Origin: a virus
Lineage: Duplodnaviria > Caudoviricetes
Length of the DNA: 31,896 nucleotides
Reading direction: 5' to 3' (one strand)
IMG/VR virus record: IMGVR_UViG_3300033489_000042
Span: 1-31,896 of that record
Shown here: one piece after another, positions 16,156 through 25,477 of the stretch
Layout: the number at the start of each line of letters is the position of its first letter
How positions within the stretch are numbered: the stretch's first letter is position 1
Translations under genes and position numbers: made by a program
The notes under the pieces: model-generated
Seen by the model: only the letters and a program-made list of their open reading frames with translations
Told to the model about the DNA's origin: nothing
Databases searched by the model: none

Positions 16156-17490
16156 TTGGGAACCAGATTGCAGGATATAATTAATATCATAATTAGCCGG
16201 GAAACGGCCAGGATGACGCTCGTAGGTTTCGGGACACCTCTTCTTTTGGGTGAAACCTACAGAGTGTTTGATCGGGTCAAAACGTATACCGAGCCTGACG
16301 AGATGCTGGAAGACGGTTATGAGGAAACAGATGGATTATATCTCATGGCTCAATCTCTCATGGCACAGGATCGTTCACCTGATCAATTTAAGGTGGGCCG
16401 GAAGTATGCGAATGTGAATGCTAAACAAACTATTACTTTTACTGGGACGGTTTCCGCTGGGCACTGGCACGCAATTTTGGGAGCCGAGACCACGTCGGCC
16501 ATTGCCTATGACGCCAATGCAGCCGCTGTAAAGGCGGCACTTGAAGCGCTTACGGCAATTACCGAAGTTACCGTAACTGGTACGCTGGCCACAGGTTTTG
16601 TTATTGAATTCACTGGCACCGATGCCAATAAACACTTCGATACCATGACTGCCGACATTACAGCCCTGACCGGAGCTACGGCTTATGCGGTAACGGTCAA
16701 TCAGTATGGATCAGCTACAGAAACCTGGACAACAGCTATATCGGAATGTCGGATTGCCGATGACGACTGGTATTGTCTGATAGCGAATACCAGAATAAAA
16801 GCCGAAATTTTGGCTATTGCTGGAGCTATTGAGGTTTTGTCCAAAATTTATATCGCCTGTTCTTCCGATGCCGATGTTATCACGTCGGCCACTGATGACC
16901 TTGCCAGTTCCCTGCAGGATCTTTCATATGACCGAACCGCGCTTATCTGGAGTGAGGATGAGGCAAATTATCCTGATGCTGCCTGGGTGGGATTACAGAT
17001 TGCCAAAAACCCTGGAAGCACTACGTGGAAATTTAAAACGCTGGCAGGGATCATCGCCGACTATTTCACTACTACAGAGGTAAATTACCTCAAAGGCAAA
17101 AACGCAAACTGCTATGAAGAAATCGCTGGAGTGAGCGTTATTTCCGGTGAGGGTTGCGTTGCTTCTGGTGAGTATATCGATATCATTCAAGGCTCGGATT
17201 GGCTTCAACAACGAATGGCCGAACGTATTTTTTCCAGGTTGATCAACTCCGAAAAGGTTCCCTTTACTACTCAGGGGATTGCGGTGATCGAGAATGAAAT
17301 CAGGTATCAACTTGGCAAGGGGGTTGATTCCGGCTTTTTGGCCGCAGGATCGGCAATTGTAACTACTCCTGATATTGCCGACATCGACCCACTGGAAAAG
17401 ACTGCCAGGTGGCTCAATGGCATCACCTTCTCGGCCACGCTTGCAGGGGCAGTGCACAAGGTTACAATTTCCGGCACGCTGGCCATATAG
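16156..17490 (+). CDS. Contractile tail sheath protein (DUF3383-like)
   Basis: AAGGAGGTG SD with TTG start; DDDWY, YDRT, PGSTTWKFKTLAGI, GEYIDII.GSDWL, KVPFTTQGI, ATLAGAVH. Confidence 0.92.
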   Translation: MGTRLQDIINIIISRETARMTLVGFGTPLLLGETYRVFDRVKTYTEPDEMLEDGYEETDGLYLMAQSLMAQDRSPDQFKVGRKYANVNAKQTITFTGTVSAGHWHAILGAETTSAIAYDANAAAVKAALEALTAITEVTVTGTLATGFVIEFTGTDANKHFDTMTADITALTGATAYAVTVNQYGSATETWTTAISECRIADDDWYCLIANTRIKAEILAIAGAIEVLSKIYIACSSDADVITSATDDLASSLQDLSYDRTALIWSEDEANYPDAAWVGLQIAKNPGSTTWKFKTLAGIIADYFTTTEVNYLKGKNANCYEEIAGVSVISGEGCVASGEYIDIIQGSDWLQQRMAERIFSRLINSEKVPFTTQGIAVIENEIRYQLGKGVDSGFLAAGSAIVTTPDIADIDPLEKTARWLNGITFSATLAGAVHKVTISGTLAI

Positions 17491-17503
17491 GAGGTGAGGC
17501 AAA

Positions 17504-17908
17504 ATGAGCACAAAAACGTATGACCCGTCTTTGGTATCCGTAATCATTGGCGGAAGCATTATAAAATCATGGGATATCGTCAAGGTTGGCAGGGACAATG
17601 ATCGCTGGAAAATGACCGAAGGCACCAGCGGAGAAGTGACCAGGACAAAGAATACGAGCCTTCTGGGTACTGTCACCCTGACACTTCCCCAGGCATCCAG
17701 TGATAACGCTACCTTAAGTTCATTCGAGGTGGCAGGATCGCTCATTCCCTGCATGATCATGGATAAGGGTGGAACGAGCCTGCATACCATGCCGGAGGGA
17801 ACCGTAATCAAGATTGCCGATGCCGAATATGGCAAAGACGCGACTACTCGTGAATGGATAATCAAGGGTGAAATCATCGACCCATCGATTGTGGGGGGAA
17901 ATAATTGA
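17504..17908 (+). CDS. Tail tube protein
   Basis: KTYDPSLVSVIIGG, GTVTLTLPQASSDN, REWII; follows the sheath gene. Confidence 0.85.
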   Translation: MSTKTYDPSLVSVIIGGSIIKSWDIVKVGRDNDRWKMTEGTSGEVTRTKNTSLLGTVTLTLPQASSDNATLSSFEVAGSLIPCMIMDKGGTSLHTMPEGTVIKIADAEYGKDATTREWIIKGEIIDPSIVGGNN

Positions 17909-18354
17909 TGCGCGAACCGGTAAAAAAAGTAATTGACGGTGAGCAGTATACATTTTGTCAACTTCCTCCAAAACAGAGCCTGAAACTACTCACCAGGATT
18001 TTGAAGATTATCGGGCCTGCCCTTGGCGGGGTGGTGAGTGGAGGCAATGTCGAAAGTATTCTGGAATTGGACATTGATCTGGGTATGATTGTCAGTCAGC
18101 TATGTAATCGGCTCGATGAAAATGATATCGAGTACATCGTTGATATGCTCCTCTCTCAGGTATTGCACTCAGGTAAAGGCGATCTTTCCAGGGTGTTCGA
18201 TGAGCACTTCGGGGGCCGATTGCCGCATCTGTTCAAGGTTGTGGCCGCCGCCCTGGAGGTCGAATACGGTGATTTTTTCGGCGGAAAGCTCGACTTCGAA
18301 AAATTACTACACGGTCGGGCTATGAACCAGGGATCATCAACATTGAATGGATGA
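17908..18354 (+). CDS. Tail assembly chaperone (G-like)
   Basis: Between tube and tape measure; ends near YGDFF with a T_TTT_TTC slippery site. Confidence 0.85.
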   Translation: MREPVKKVIDGEQYTFCQLPPKQSLKLLTRILKIIGPALGGVVSGGNVESILELDIDLGMIVSQLCNRLDENDIEYIVDMLLSQVLHSGKGDLSRVFDEHFGGRLPHLFKVVAAALEVEYGDFFGGKLDFEKLLHGRAMNQGSSTLNG

Positions 18355-18512
18355 TCTGGCGTCTGGTGTTGGCACATATTGCCACGCTAGAAGAAATTGG
18401 ACGGTCATGGTCAATCAATGATCTGATGGATGCTCATGAAGCGCTGGATATACAGCAGGAAGCAGAAGAGTATGCACAATGGGAAGCAAAGCGAAAACAA
18501 AAAGGAAAATAA
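18273..18512 (+). CDS. Tail assembly chaperone -1 frameshift extension (GT-like)
   Basis: The -1 frame after T_TTT_TTC (18273-18279) reads FFRRKARL...WMIWRLVLAHIATLEEIGRSWSINDLMDAHEALDIQQEAE...KGK*, stopping immediately before the tape measure start. Confidence 0.8.
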   Translation, partial: FFRRKARLRKITTRSGYEPGIINIEWMIWRLVLAHIATLEEIGRSWSINDLMDAHEALDIQQEAEEYAQWEAKRKQKGK

Positions 18513-20141
18513 GTGAAGCTCAGGGATCTTTTCGTTAGAATCGGTTTTGATGTAAATAGTAAGCCAATTAAACAACTTGATGATGGCATCAAGGGTTTAC
18601 TCATTTCAATCGGTTCTATCGCTGGTGCAGTTAGTGGAGCAGCTATATCTCTTTTTGTCCTTGCCAAAACTACGGCCAACACTGGCGAGCGTATCAAAAA
18701 AATGAGTCAATCCCTTGGTATTTCTGCTGAAGCTTTTCAGGAGCTTGAACACGCAGCTTCTCTTTCTGAGGTGAGTACAGAAGAATTTCAGATGGCTATG
18801 CGGCGGCTGGCCGATTCTGCCATGAACGCATCCAGGGGAATAAAAACTGATGCCTTGGCCTATACCACTCTCGGTATCTCAGTAACAGGTGTAAATGGTA
18901 AACTCAAAGCAAGTGATCAGCTCTTTGAAGAAATTGCAAATAAACTCTCCCTGATGCCTGATGGATTGGAAAAGACAGCCCTGGCCAACGATTTATTTGG
19001 CCGGTCAGGGGCCTATCTAATCCCACTCCTGAACGAAGGATCGGCTGGCATTGCAAAGCTCAGGCGTGAGGCTCACGATCTTGGCATCGTGATGAGCGCT
19101 CAGGATGTGGCCGCAAGCGATGAGTTTGGCGATTCCATTACCAGACTTATGGCCGTTATTCGTGGAATTAAAAATCAGATTGGGCTTGGTCTTATGCCGG
19201 TTATAACCAAGCTTGTAGCTGACATGAAAACCTGGATCATGGCCAACCGAGAACTTATCCGGTCAACCTTGAATGAGTGGATAAACCGAACAATCGGCCT
19301 GCTTAAGTCGCTATATTCCTTTGCAAAATCGGTAGTTGAGGAAATTAAATCCCTGGCCGAAGGTTTCGGCGGGCTTGGTAAGGTTATCAAGACGGTTACG
19401 ACGGCTCTCATGGTCTTTATCGGGCTAAAACTCGTCTACTCGGTCGGATTGATGGCTCAAGGTATCTATGGCCTGGCTGCGGCATTTACCACGATGGGTA
19501 CGGCTGCTATGTGGGCATCGCTCAAGGCGGCGGCACTGCCCCTGCTGATCGGCGGAGGGATTGTGATGCTTCTGCTTCTCCTGGAGGACCTGTGGAGGTA
19601 TTCACGAGGTGATAAGTCGGTTTTCGGGCTATTGATAGAAGGTATTAAAAAAATATCTCCAAAGATTTTTGAGCCTATCAAGAATATTATTCAAGATTTC
19701 AAAAAAGGTTTTGAAGGTCTTAAAGATTTTTTTACTGGAGCCTTTATCCTAGATGTGGACAAAATTAAAAAAGGATTATCGGAAACCTATCAGGCTTTCA
19801 AAGATACGGTGCGAGATATTTTTAACACAATTATTCCCTCTTGGATGTGGCCAAAATTTGAAAAACCAAATGAAGGATTTATCGGTGCATCCTTCGGAGG
19901 GCTTCAAAACTGGCTGGGGAATGCTCATAAACTCTCTGCTTTTACGCCCTCGCTTTCTCCGGTCACTACTAATACCAGCACGATCAACTCTCCTCATATT
20001 TCGGTGACCGCGCCGATTATGGTGAATGTTCCACCAGGTACTCCTCAAGAAGAAATCGGTCCAAGAGTGCAGGCCGGGGTGAATGACGCCATAAGCACTT
20101 TGCTTCGGCAGAACTATTATCAAAATCCGCAGGAGTGGTAA
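18513..20141 (+). CDS. Tape measure protein
   Basis: LRDLFVRIGFDV start, LFGRSG..LIPLLNEG, Ala/Gly-rich helices with hydrophobic segments; synteny. Confidence 0.9.
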   Translation: MKLRDLFVRIGFDVNSKPIKQLDDGIKGLLISIGSIAGAVSGAAISLFVLAKTTANTGERIKKMSQSLGISAEAFQELEHAASLSEVSTEEFQMAMRRLADSAMNASRGIKTDALAYTTLGISVTGVNGKLKASDQLFEEIANKLSLMPDGLEKTALANDLFGRSGAYLIPLLNEGSAGIAKLRREAHDLGIVMSAQDVAASDEFGDSITRLMAVIRGIKNQIGLGLMPVITKLVADMKTWIMANRELIRSTLNEWINRTIGLLKSLYSFAKSVVEEIKSLAEGFGGLGKVIKTVTTALMVFIGLKLVYSVGLMAQGIYGLAAAFTTMGTAAMWASLKAAALPLLIGGGIVMLLLLLEDLWRYSRGDKSVFGLLIEGIKKISPKIFEPIKNIIQDFKKGFEGLKDFFTGAFILDVDKIKKGLSETYQAFKDTVRDIFNTIIPSWMWPKFEKPNEGFIGASFGGLQNWLGNAHKLSAFTPSLSPVTTNTSTINSPHISVTAPIMVNVPPGTPQEEIGPRVQAGVNDAISTLLRQNYYQNPQEW

Positions 20142-20971
20142 TGATGGCTACTCAAGCGACAAACGTTAAGCAAAAACAAAAAGTGGTTATCACGGATTCT
20201 CAAGGGCACATCCTGCCGATCGATGCCACGATCAGTGAGGAACACATACTTACCTCTCAGGCCACTATGCACGAGATCGAAAATGGGGATTCTATTTCTG
20301 ATCATGTGATCAAAAAGCCGATCCAGCTTACTTTGAATGGGGTAATTTCGGGTGATCCGTTTCCAGAAGAGGCCACAGGTACGATAGATGATGATCCTCC
20401 CGGTCTTATGGCCTGGACAGGAGACAGGTTTACTAAAATCGGATCAGGTGCCTTATCGGGTATGATCGGATCGCTGGCTGGAAGTGGAGTAATTGGCGGG
20501 GCCGCTTCCTTCGGTTACTCCAAATTAAATGGCTCATTGCTTCAAAAAGCTGCTCAGGCGCAGAATGAGAGAACCCGTCAACAGATAGCAGGGCAAGTCG
20601 GTGATAACGGGTTTTCACCTGTTGTTAAAACCGCGTATGACATATTCAAAAACATATATTTGTATAAAATACCTGTCGAAATTGAGACTGGCCTTGATGT
20701 GTATAAAAATATGGTGATGGAAAATTTATCTTTGCCACGAAACAAAGATACAGTTCGTTCCCTACCGTTTACGGCCTCCTTTCGACAGATAGTTTTTGTA
20801 TCGAGCGAAACGGTAACTATTCCGGCGATGGCTGACCGCGAAACATACGATCGTGGAGCCGGAAAACAAAGCCAGGGCACAAAACAAACGATTATTCCAA
20901 GCGATTCAACCAAGGCAAAAGGTGAATCGCTTCTTTTTAAAATTGGTGGGTTTTTTGGATTTATTCCTTAA
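20141..20971 (+). CDS. Dit-like tail tube initiator / baseplate protein
   Basis: IDATISEEH...T.HEIENG..ISDHVIKKP, TGLDVYKNM motifs. Confidence 0.8.
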   Translation: MMATQATNVKQKQKVVITDSQGHILPIDATISEEHILTSQATMHEIENGDSISDHVIKKPIQLTLNGVISGDPFPEEATGTIDDDPPGLMAWTGDRFTKIGSGALSGMIGSLAGSGVIGGAASFGYSKLNGSLLQKAAQAQNERTRQQIAGQVGDNGFSPVVKTAYDIFKNIYLYKIPVEIETGLDVYKNMVMENLSLPRNKDTVRSLPFTASFRQIVFVSSETVTIPAMADRETYDRGAGKQSQGTKQTIIPSDSTKAKGESLLFKIGGFFGFIP

Positions 20972-20990
20972 TAAAAAAGGAGAAAAATAT

Positions 20991-21623
20991 ATGATTTCTT
21001 TAATTCAAGATCGAAGATTCAGTTTATCAGTTTTGCTCATTATGCTTTTTTTCTGGCTCTCGGCTTCTGTGGTCATGCCCGCCAGTCTGCCTAACAATCC
21101 TATTCTCTATCGGGAAACCGGGGGCTCAAGGGCCTATCTACATGAGCTTGAATTTCCTGTTGGAAGTACCACCAAAACCACGACCGGCACGGGAAGGAAC
21201 ACTTGGAGTAAAGTTAAATTGAATTTTGCCTATGAAATTTTAACTGTACCGACACATAATTTTCAGTATATCGGGACTATTCTTCCCATTACTCTGATTG
21301 GCAATTATACAGATATTGGTCAGGCAATGTATATTGATCCTAATTTCAGGGCCAATGCGGCCGATGCTGATCAAACAACTACCATGCCCTGCATTGGTAT
21401 AGTTGCAACGACTGGATATGTGTTAATTCAGGGAATAATGCGAAATAATGCCTGGGCCTGGACAAGAGGACCTATATATGTCAGTTGTGATCCGGCGACT
21501 ACCACTGGATTGACACAGACCGCTCCATCAGGCACGACAGATCAGGTACAAGCGGTCGGATATGCGATCGATCCTAATGTTATAATGATACAACCGGATT
21601 CAATTTTGAAGGCTATTCCATAA
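20991..21623 (+). CDS. Hypothetical protein with a signal-peptide-like N-terminus and a virion-type C-terminal beta domain
   Basis: AAGGAG SD before ATG 20991; RRFSLSVLLIMLFFWLSASVVMPA; C-terminal ADAD...MPCIGI...GPIYVS...TAPS...VQAVGYA. Confidence 0.65.
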   Translation: MISLIQDRRFSLSVLLIMLFFWLSASVVMPASLPNNPILYRETGGSRAYLHELEFPVGSTTKTTTGTGRNTWSKVKLNFAYEILTVPTHNFQYIGTILPITLIGNYTDIGQAMYIDPNFRANAADADQTTTMPCIGIVATTGYVLIQGIMRNNAWAWTRGPIYVSCDPATTTGLTQTAPSGTTDQVQAVGYAIDPNVIMIQPDSILKAIP

Positions 21624-21730
21624 AGTTTGCACGTCAATAGGGTTGACACTCCCACGGCTAAAGCCAGTGGGATTCTCAGGCAAACACTCTATTAAGCGCT
21701 TAGCGCCTGAGCGGTCTGCCCGACCGTTAT
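21623..21730 (-). ncRNA. Predicted TnpB omegaRNA (scaffold plus flank-derived guide) from the mini-element
   Basis: TTGATT-17-TAAAAT promoter (21765-21737); stems cggtc/gaccg, ctcaggc/gcctgag and the right-end hairpin, ending TCAA; boundaries inferred from known TnpB systems. Confidence 0.55.
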
Positions 21731-21823
21731 AGACAGATTTTAGGCGAAACAGCTTGCAAAATCAAGCGAAACAGCGTCCGATTCATCCAACGGCTAAAGC
21801 CATTGGTTTTCTCGGATGGAGCT
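21643..21823 (-). mobile_element. Non-autonomous IS200/IS605 derivative (181 bp, both ends, no ORF)
   Basis: 21643-21726 closely matches 28618-28700 (right end, TCAA terminus on minus); 21777-21827 is identical to 30212-30262 (left end plus TTAT target motif). Confidence 0.92.
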
Positions 21824-21831
21824 ATAAATCA

Positions 21832-22155
21832 ATGGCATTCGTTCAGCTTCCGGTCAGCTCTGACAGGGCAAATTACGAGTTTAAGACTACACTCGATGGG
21901 GTGAAATATACTCTTGTTTTTCGCTTCAATAATCGTGCTGGCCACTGGATCATGGACATCAAAACTGCAAGTGGCGCAGTGATCGTAACCGGAATACTGC
22001 TCCTTGTTGGTGTTGATTTCCTGGCACAGTTTCAAGCCCGGCAAGACCTTCCTCACGGGAACCTGTTCCTCTTGAATCTTGTGGATGAAAATGTAAGTCC
22101 TGGCAGGGATGATCTTGGTGCCAATGTGCTCTTGATGTATCAGGAGGCCATATGA
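21832..22155 (+). CDS. Baseplate plug-like small protein
   Basis: True start is probably MAFVQLP at 21832; YEFKTTLDGVKY.L.FRFN.R..HW.MDI pattern; synteny. Confidence 0.8.
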   Translation: MAFVQLPVSSDRANYEFKTTLDGVKYTLVFRFNNRAGHWIMDIKTASGAVIVTGILLLVGVDFLAQFQARQDLPHGNLFLLNLVDENVSPGRDDLGANVLLMYQEAI

Positions 22156-23030
22156 ATCTTTGGAACCGTTCGGCAGCCGTATCATTCGGGCCAAGGGGGA
22201 AAAAAAATGAAGGTGTGAAAATTTCCGGTCTTCGGATATCCTTTGAGGTCACAAAGACCAGTGAGAGCACACCAAACACGGCAAAAATCAGTATCTATAA
22301 TTTGAGTCCGGCGCATCGGGCTCTGTTGGAAACTGAGGAGGATCTTGGCGTTATTCTGGAGGCTGGCTATGGAGGCAATCTCGAAGAGTTGTTTGCCGGG
22401 GATATCAGGAGGGCTGTCACACAGCAACAGACTGTTGTAAACAAACCCGAATCGCTTACAGTTATCATAGTCAATCAGGGGCCGGATAGAGTGACCACAA
22501 TTGAGGCCGCAAGCGGGCAGATAGCGGTCGATACGGTAAATTTTGATAAGAGCTATGCCGCAGGTCAGAGTACGATTTCCATACTTTCGGATGTGATTAA
22601 GTCCCTTGGCAGTGTGGATATTCAGGACGCTCTTAACTTTCTCAAGTCTGGCTCGGTAACTGATAAAATAGCTCAGGCGGGTATGGCCTTGAGTGGCATG
22701 GCTACAAGACATATAGACAAGCTTGTGGATGTCCTGGACCTTGAGTGGAGTATCCAGGATAACAGTCTGCAAATCCTCCCCAAAGGAAAACAGACTATGG
22801 AAGAAGCCGTTTTGTTGACTCCTGAAACCGGTCTCATTGGATCGCCTGTCTGGAAGAAGGGCGGGATTGAATTTACTGCCCTGATTAATCCGAAGGTCAG
22901 ACCTGGCAGGGCGGTAGCGATAACTATTGAAGAAAAGCAATATACTGGGTTTTTTCGGGTATGGCGGGCCGATTTTTCGGGCGATACCCATGAGCAAAAC
23001 TGGTATGTGAAGGCAGAGGCAAAGGAATGA
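22152..23030 (+). CDS. Baseplate hub protein
   Basis: LRISFEVTKT, PNTAKISIYNLS, LEAGYG, WSIQD, TGLIGSP, LINP, GDTH...W. Confidence 0.88.
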   Translation: MNLWNRSAAVSFGPRGKKNEGVKISGLRISFEVTKTSESTPNTAKISIYNLSPAHRALLETEEDLGVILEAGYGGNLEELFAGDIRRAVTQQQTVVNKPESLTVIIVNQGPDRVTTIEAASGQIAVDTVNFDKSYAAGQSTISILSDVIKSLGSVDIQDALNFLKSGSVTDKIAQAGMALSGMATRHIDKLVDVLDLEWSIQDNSLQILPKGKQTMEEAVLLTPETGLIGSPVWKKGGIEFTALINPKVRPGRAVAITIEEKQYTGFFRVWRADFSGDTHEQNWYVKAEAKE

Positions 23031-23680
23031 CACAGGAAGCGACACCGACATTGACCGAGGTGATCAAAGAGGCAATTAAATCACAACTCTTTGATCTGCA
23101 CACGGTCATGCCTGCGAGGGTAGAGAAATACGATTCGGCCACTCAAAAGGCCGATGTTAAACCCCTCCTTCGGAAAAAATATCTGGTCAATAACATAGCA
23201 ACCGAAATTCCGGTCATTCCTTCAGTGCCGGTGCAATGGCCTTCGGCATCCGGTGGGGATGCTTATATCCATCTACCACTCAAGGTCGGAGATCTTGGAA
23301 TAGTGGTTATCTGCGAACGCTCAATTGACTCTTGGCTTTCAGGAGATGGACAGATCACGGCCCCGAACGATCCGCGACATCATGATCTTTCGGACGCAAT
23401 ATTCATTCCAGGCGTGAGGCCGTGGAAAGTAGCACTTGCCGAGGTTTCGTCTGACAACCTGGTGATTCAAAATGATAAGCTCAGAATTGAGCTTGACCCA
23501 TCAGGAAAAATCAGCATCGAGGGCGCAACTCAAGAGCTTTTAACTGTACTTTCAGGAGTGCTTGACCACTTGATCAGTGCAAAGGTTCTCACACTCTGGG
23601 GAGCATCCCCCTTCACCAGCGACACAATAGCCAATTTCACGTCAGATAAGTCGAAACTGGCCACTTTAGTGAGGTCATAA
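23027..23680 (+). CDS. Baseplate central spike protein (Gp138/gpV-like)
   Basis: LHTVMPARV..YD, VPVQWP, PLKVGD, ERSIDSW, RHHDLSDAIFIPG. Confidence 0.88.
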   Translation: MTQEATPTLTEVIKEAIKSQLFDLHTVMPARVEKYDSATQKADVKPLLRKKYLVNNIATEIPVIPSVPVQWPSASGGDAYIHLPLKVGDLGIVVICERSIDSWLSGDGQITAPNDPRHHDLSDAIFIPGVRPWKVALAEVSSDNLVIQNDKLRIELDPSGKISIEGATQELLTVLSGVLDHLISAKVLTLWGASPFTSDTIANFTSDKSKLATLVRS

Positions 23681-23922
23681 TGCTTTCAGGAGACGTATTG
23701 GGACAGGCTATTACGACCGCGCTTGCAGCGTATCAAACAGGGCTTTCCGAAGCTGAAAAGGCTTCTCAGCTTGTTACCTGGAAACTAATTGCTGGGGCCA
23801 TTGTAACGCATATTCAAACATTAGGGGTGGTTAATGTAATTACCACAGGAGCAACTGGCACAGGAACTCCAGGTGGGCCACTCCCAATAGTAGCGCAGCC
23901 AGGGGTGGGAACAGTAACGTGA
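23680..23922 (+). CDS. Small hypothetical baseplate-region protein
   Basis: Coupled TAATG start; IAGAIVTHIQ followed by a Gly/Thr-rich tail. Confidence 0.7.
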   Translation: MLSGDVLGQAITTALAAYQTGLSEAEKASQLVTWKLIAGAIVTHIQTLGVVNVITTGATGTGTPGGPLPIVAQPGVGTVT

Positions 23923-24275
23923 GCGATATTGTACTTGATGAAAACTGGGACATTCTTGTAGCCGGATCGGATTTAACCCTGACCACGGACATAGATGCTA
24001 TCAGGCAGCATCTTTCCCAGAGGTTAAAAACATTCTACGGCGAATGGTTCCTCAACATGGAAATCGGAGTTCCCTATTTCCAGCAAGTACTCCGCAAAAA
24101 TCCTGATCCTGTGGTCATCGACAGCATCTTTAAACGCGAGATCATCAATACGCCTGGTATCGTACAGCTTACGGATTTTAATCTTGACCTTGATCCGGCA
24201 ACACGAGTGCTTACCCTCTTCTTCAGTGCGTTGTGTACTGAGGGAGAAATTACGTTTACTGAGGTAATCCCATGA
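23919..24275 (+). CDS. Baseplate wedge / sheath initiator (gp25/gpW-like)
   Basis: IRQHLSQRLKTFYGEWFLN...GVPY, I.NTPGI. Confidence 0.85.
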   Translation: MSDIVLDENWDILVAGSDLTLTTDIDAIRQHLSQRLKTFYGEWFLNMEIGVPYFQQVLRKNPDPVVIDSIFKREIINTPGIVQLTDFNLDLDPATRVLTLFFSALCTEGEITFTEVIP

Positions 24276-25477
24276 GTTACGGTCTTACAGTAGATGGCTT
24301 TGTCCCAAAAACGCTGGACATAATCCAGTCAGAGGTTGATGCGGCTCTTAAGTCTGCCCTTGGCTCTCAGATCAACACATTGCCGCAGAGTGTTTTAGGG
24401 CAGCTTAAAAATATATTTGCCGAACGGGAAACCCTGCTCTGGGAGCTGGCTGAGGCAATCTATAACAGTCAATATCCGGCTTCAGCCGAAGGAACGAGCC
24501 TCGATAATGTGGCCGCACTCACCGGGTTAACCAGGCTTCCGGCAACTAACTCCACAGTGACAGTCACTTTGACCGGAACTCAGGGAACGGTAATTCCTAC
24601 GGGGACGGTATTTTCAGTATCCGGGAATACTACGGTAAAGTTTGCCACTAATGAAGAAGTGATCATTGGGGCATCGCCTACAGACGCGGCTTGCACAGCT
24701 ACCGCAACAGGGGAACTTGTGGCTAATGCAGGAACCCTGACCGTGATTGATAATCCGATTGCAGGGCTTACCAGTGTGACCAATGCCGAAGATGCGGTCA
24801 TCGGTCGTGACCTTGAAACTGATGCAGAATTCAGGATCAGGCGGAATAATAGACTACAAATCAGTCTGGCCGGGCCTCTTGAGGCTATCCGGTCGGCCCT
24901 CCTTGAATTGAATGAGGATGAAACTAAGCCAGAACTTGAATCGGTAATTCTTTTTGAAAATTACACCAATGTAGAGGACGCTGCAGGACGACCTCCCAAA
25001 AGTTTTGAGGCGATCATCTATCAGGCCGGAGGAGTCATCAGCAGGGACCAGGAAATAGCTAATGTCATTTTTGCAGCTAAACCTGCCGGTATTGAGACTT
25101 ATGGTACAGTCACCAAAACTGTGGCCGATTCTCAAGGATTTGATCACACCATCAAATTTTCCAGGCCGGTAGAAACGAATATTTATCTTGAACTTGATTT
25201 GACCGTGACTGATGATTATCCTCTTGACGGTGACGATCAGGTCAAAGCGGCTATGGTCGCCTGGGGGAATGCGCTTGGTGCCGGACAGGATGTGATTGTT
25301 TATCCTGCTCTGATGGGGCAACTTTTGACTATTTCCGGGATAATCGATGTCGTGGTCAGAATTGGCACCGCTCCAAATCCAACCCTTGATGACAATATTG
25401 ATATTGATGATGGCTCTGGAGGGGATGTTGAGTTATCCAGATGGGATACATCCAGGATTGAGGTTGTGAGTACATGA
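24272..25477 (+). CDS. Baseplate J / gp47-like protein
   Basis: YGLTVDGF, SAEGTSLD, GRDLETDAEFR.RR, KPAGI.T.G, IKFSRP. Confidence 0.92.
   Translation: MSYGLTVDGFVPKTLDIIQSEVDAALKSALGSQINTLPQSVLGQLKNIFAERETLLWELAEAIYNSQYPASAEGTSLDNVAALTGLTRLPATNSTVTVTLTGTQGTVIPTGTVFSVSGNTTVKFATNEEVIIGASPTDAACTATATGELVANAGTLTVIDNPIAGLTSVTNAEDAVIGRDLETDAEFRIRRNNRLQISLAGPLEAIRSALLELNEDETKPELESVILFENYTNVEDAAGRPPKSFEAIIYQAGGVISRDQEIANVIFAAKPAGIETYGTVTKTVADSQGFDHTIKFSRPVETNIYLELDLTVTDDYPLDGDDQVKAAMVAWGNALGAGQDVIVYPALMGQLLTISGIIDVVVRIGTAPNPTLDDNIDIDDGSGGDVELSRWDTSRIEVVST

Noticed and set aside
16993-17961. 322-aa antisense ORF over sheath/tube
   Set aside because: No motifs or SD; a shadow of conserved structural genes. 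It shows long antisense frames can arise by chance here, so the intein case rests on motif content and SD, not length.
21754-21831. N-terminal extension of the plug gene (and the similar 30238-30261 extension)
   Set aside because: These codons lie inside IS left-end DNA; the real starts are 21832 and 30262.
22182-23051. 289-aa antisense ORF over the baseplate hub gene
   Set aside because: In-register shadow ORF with no recognisable domain.
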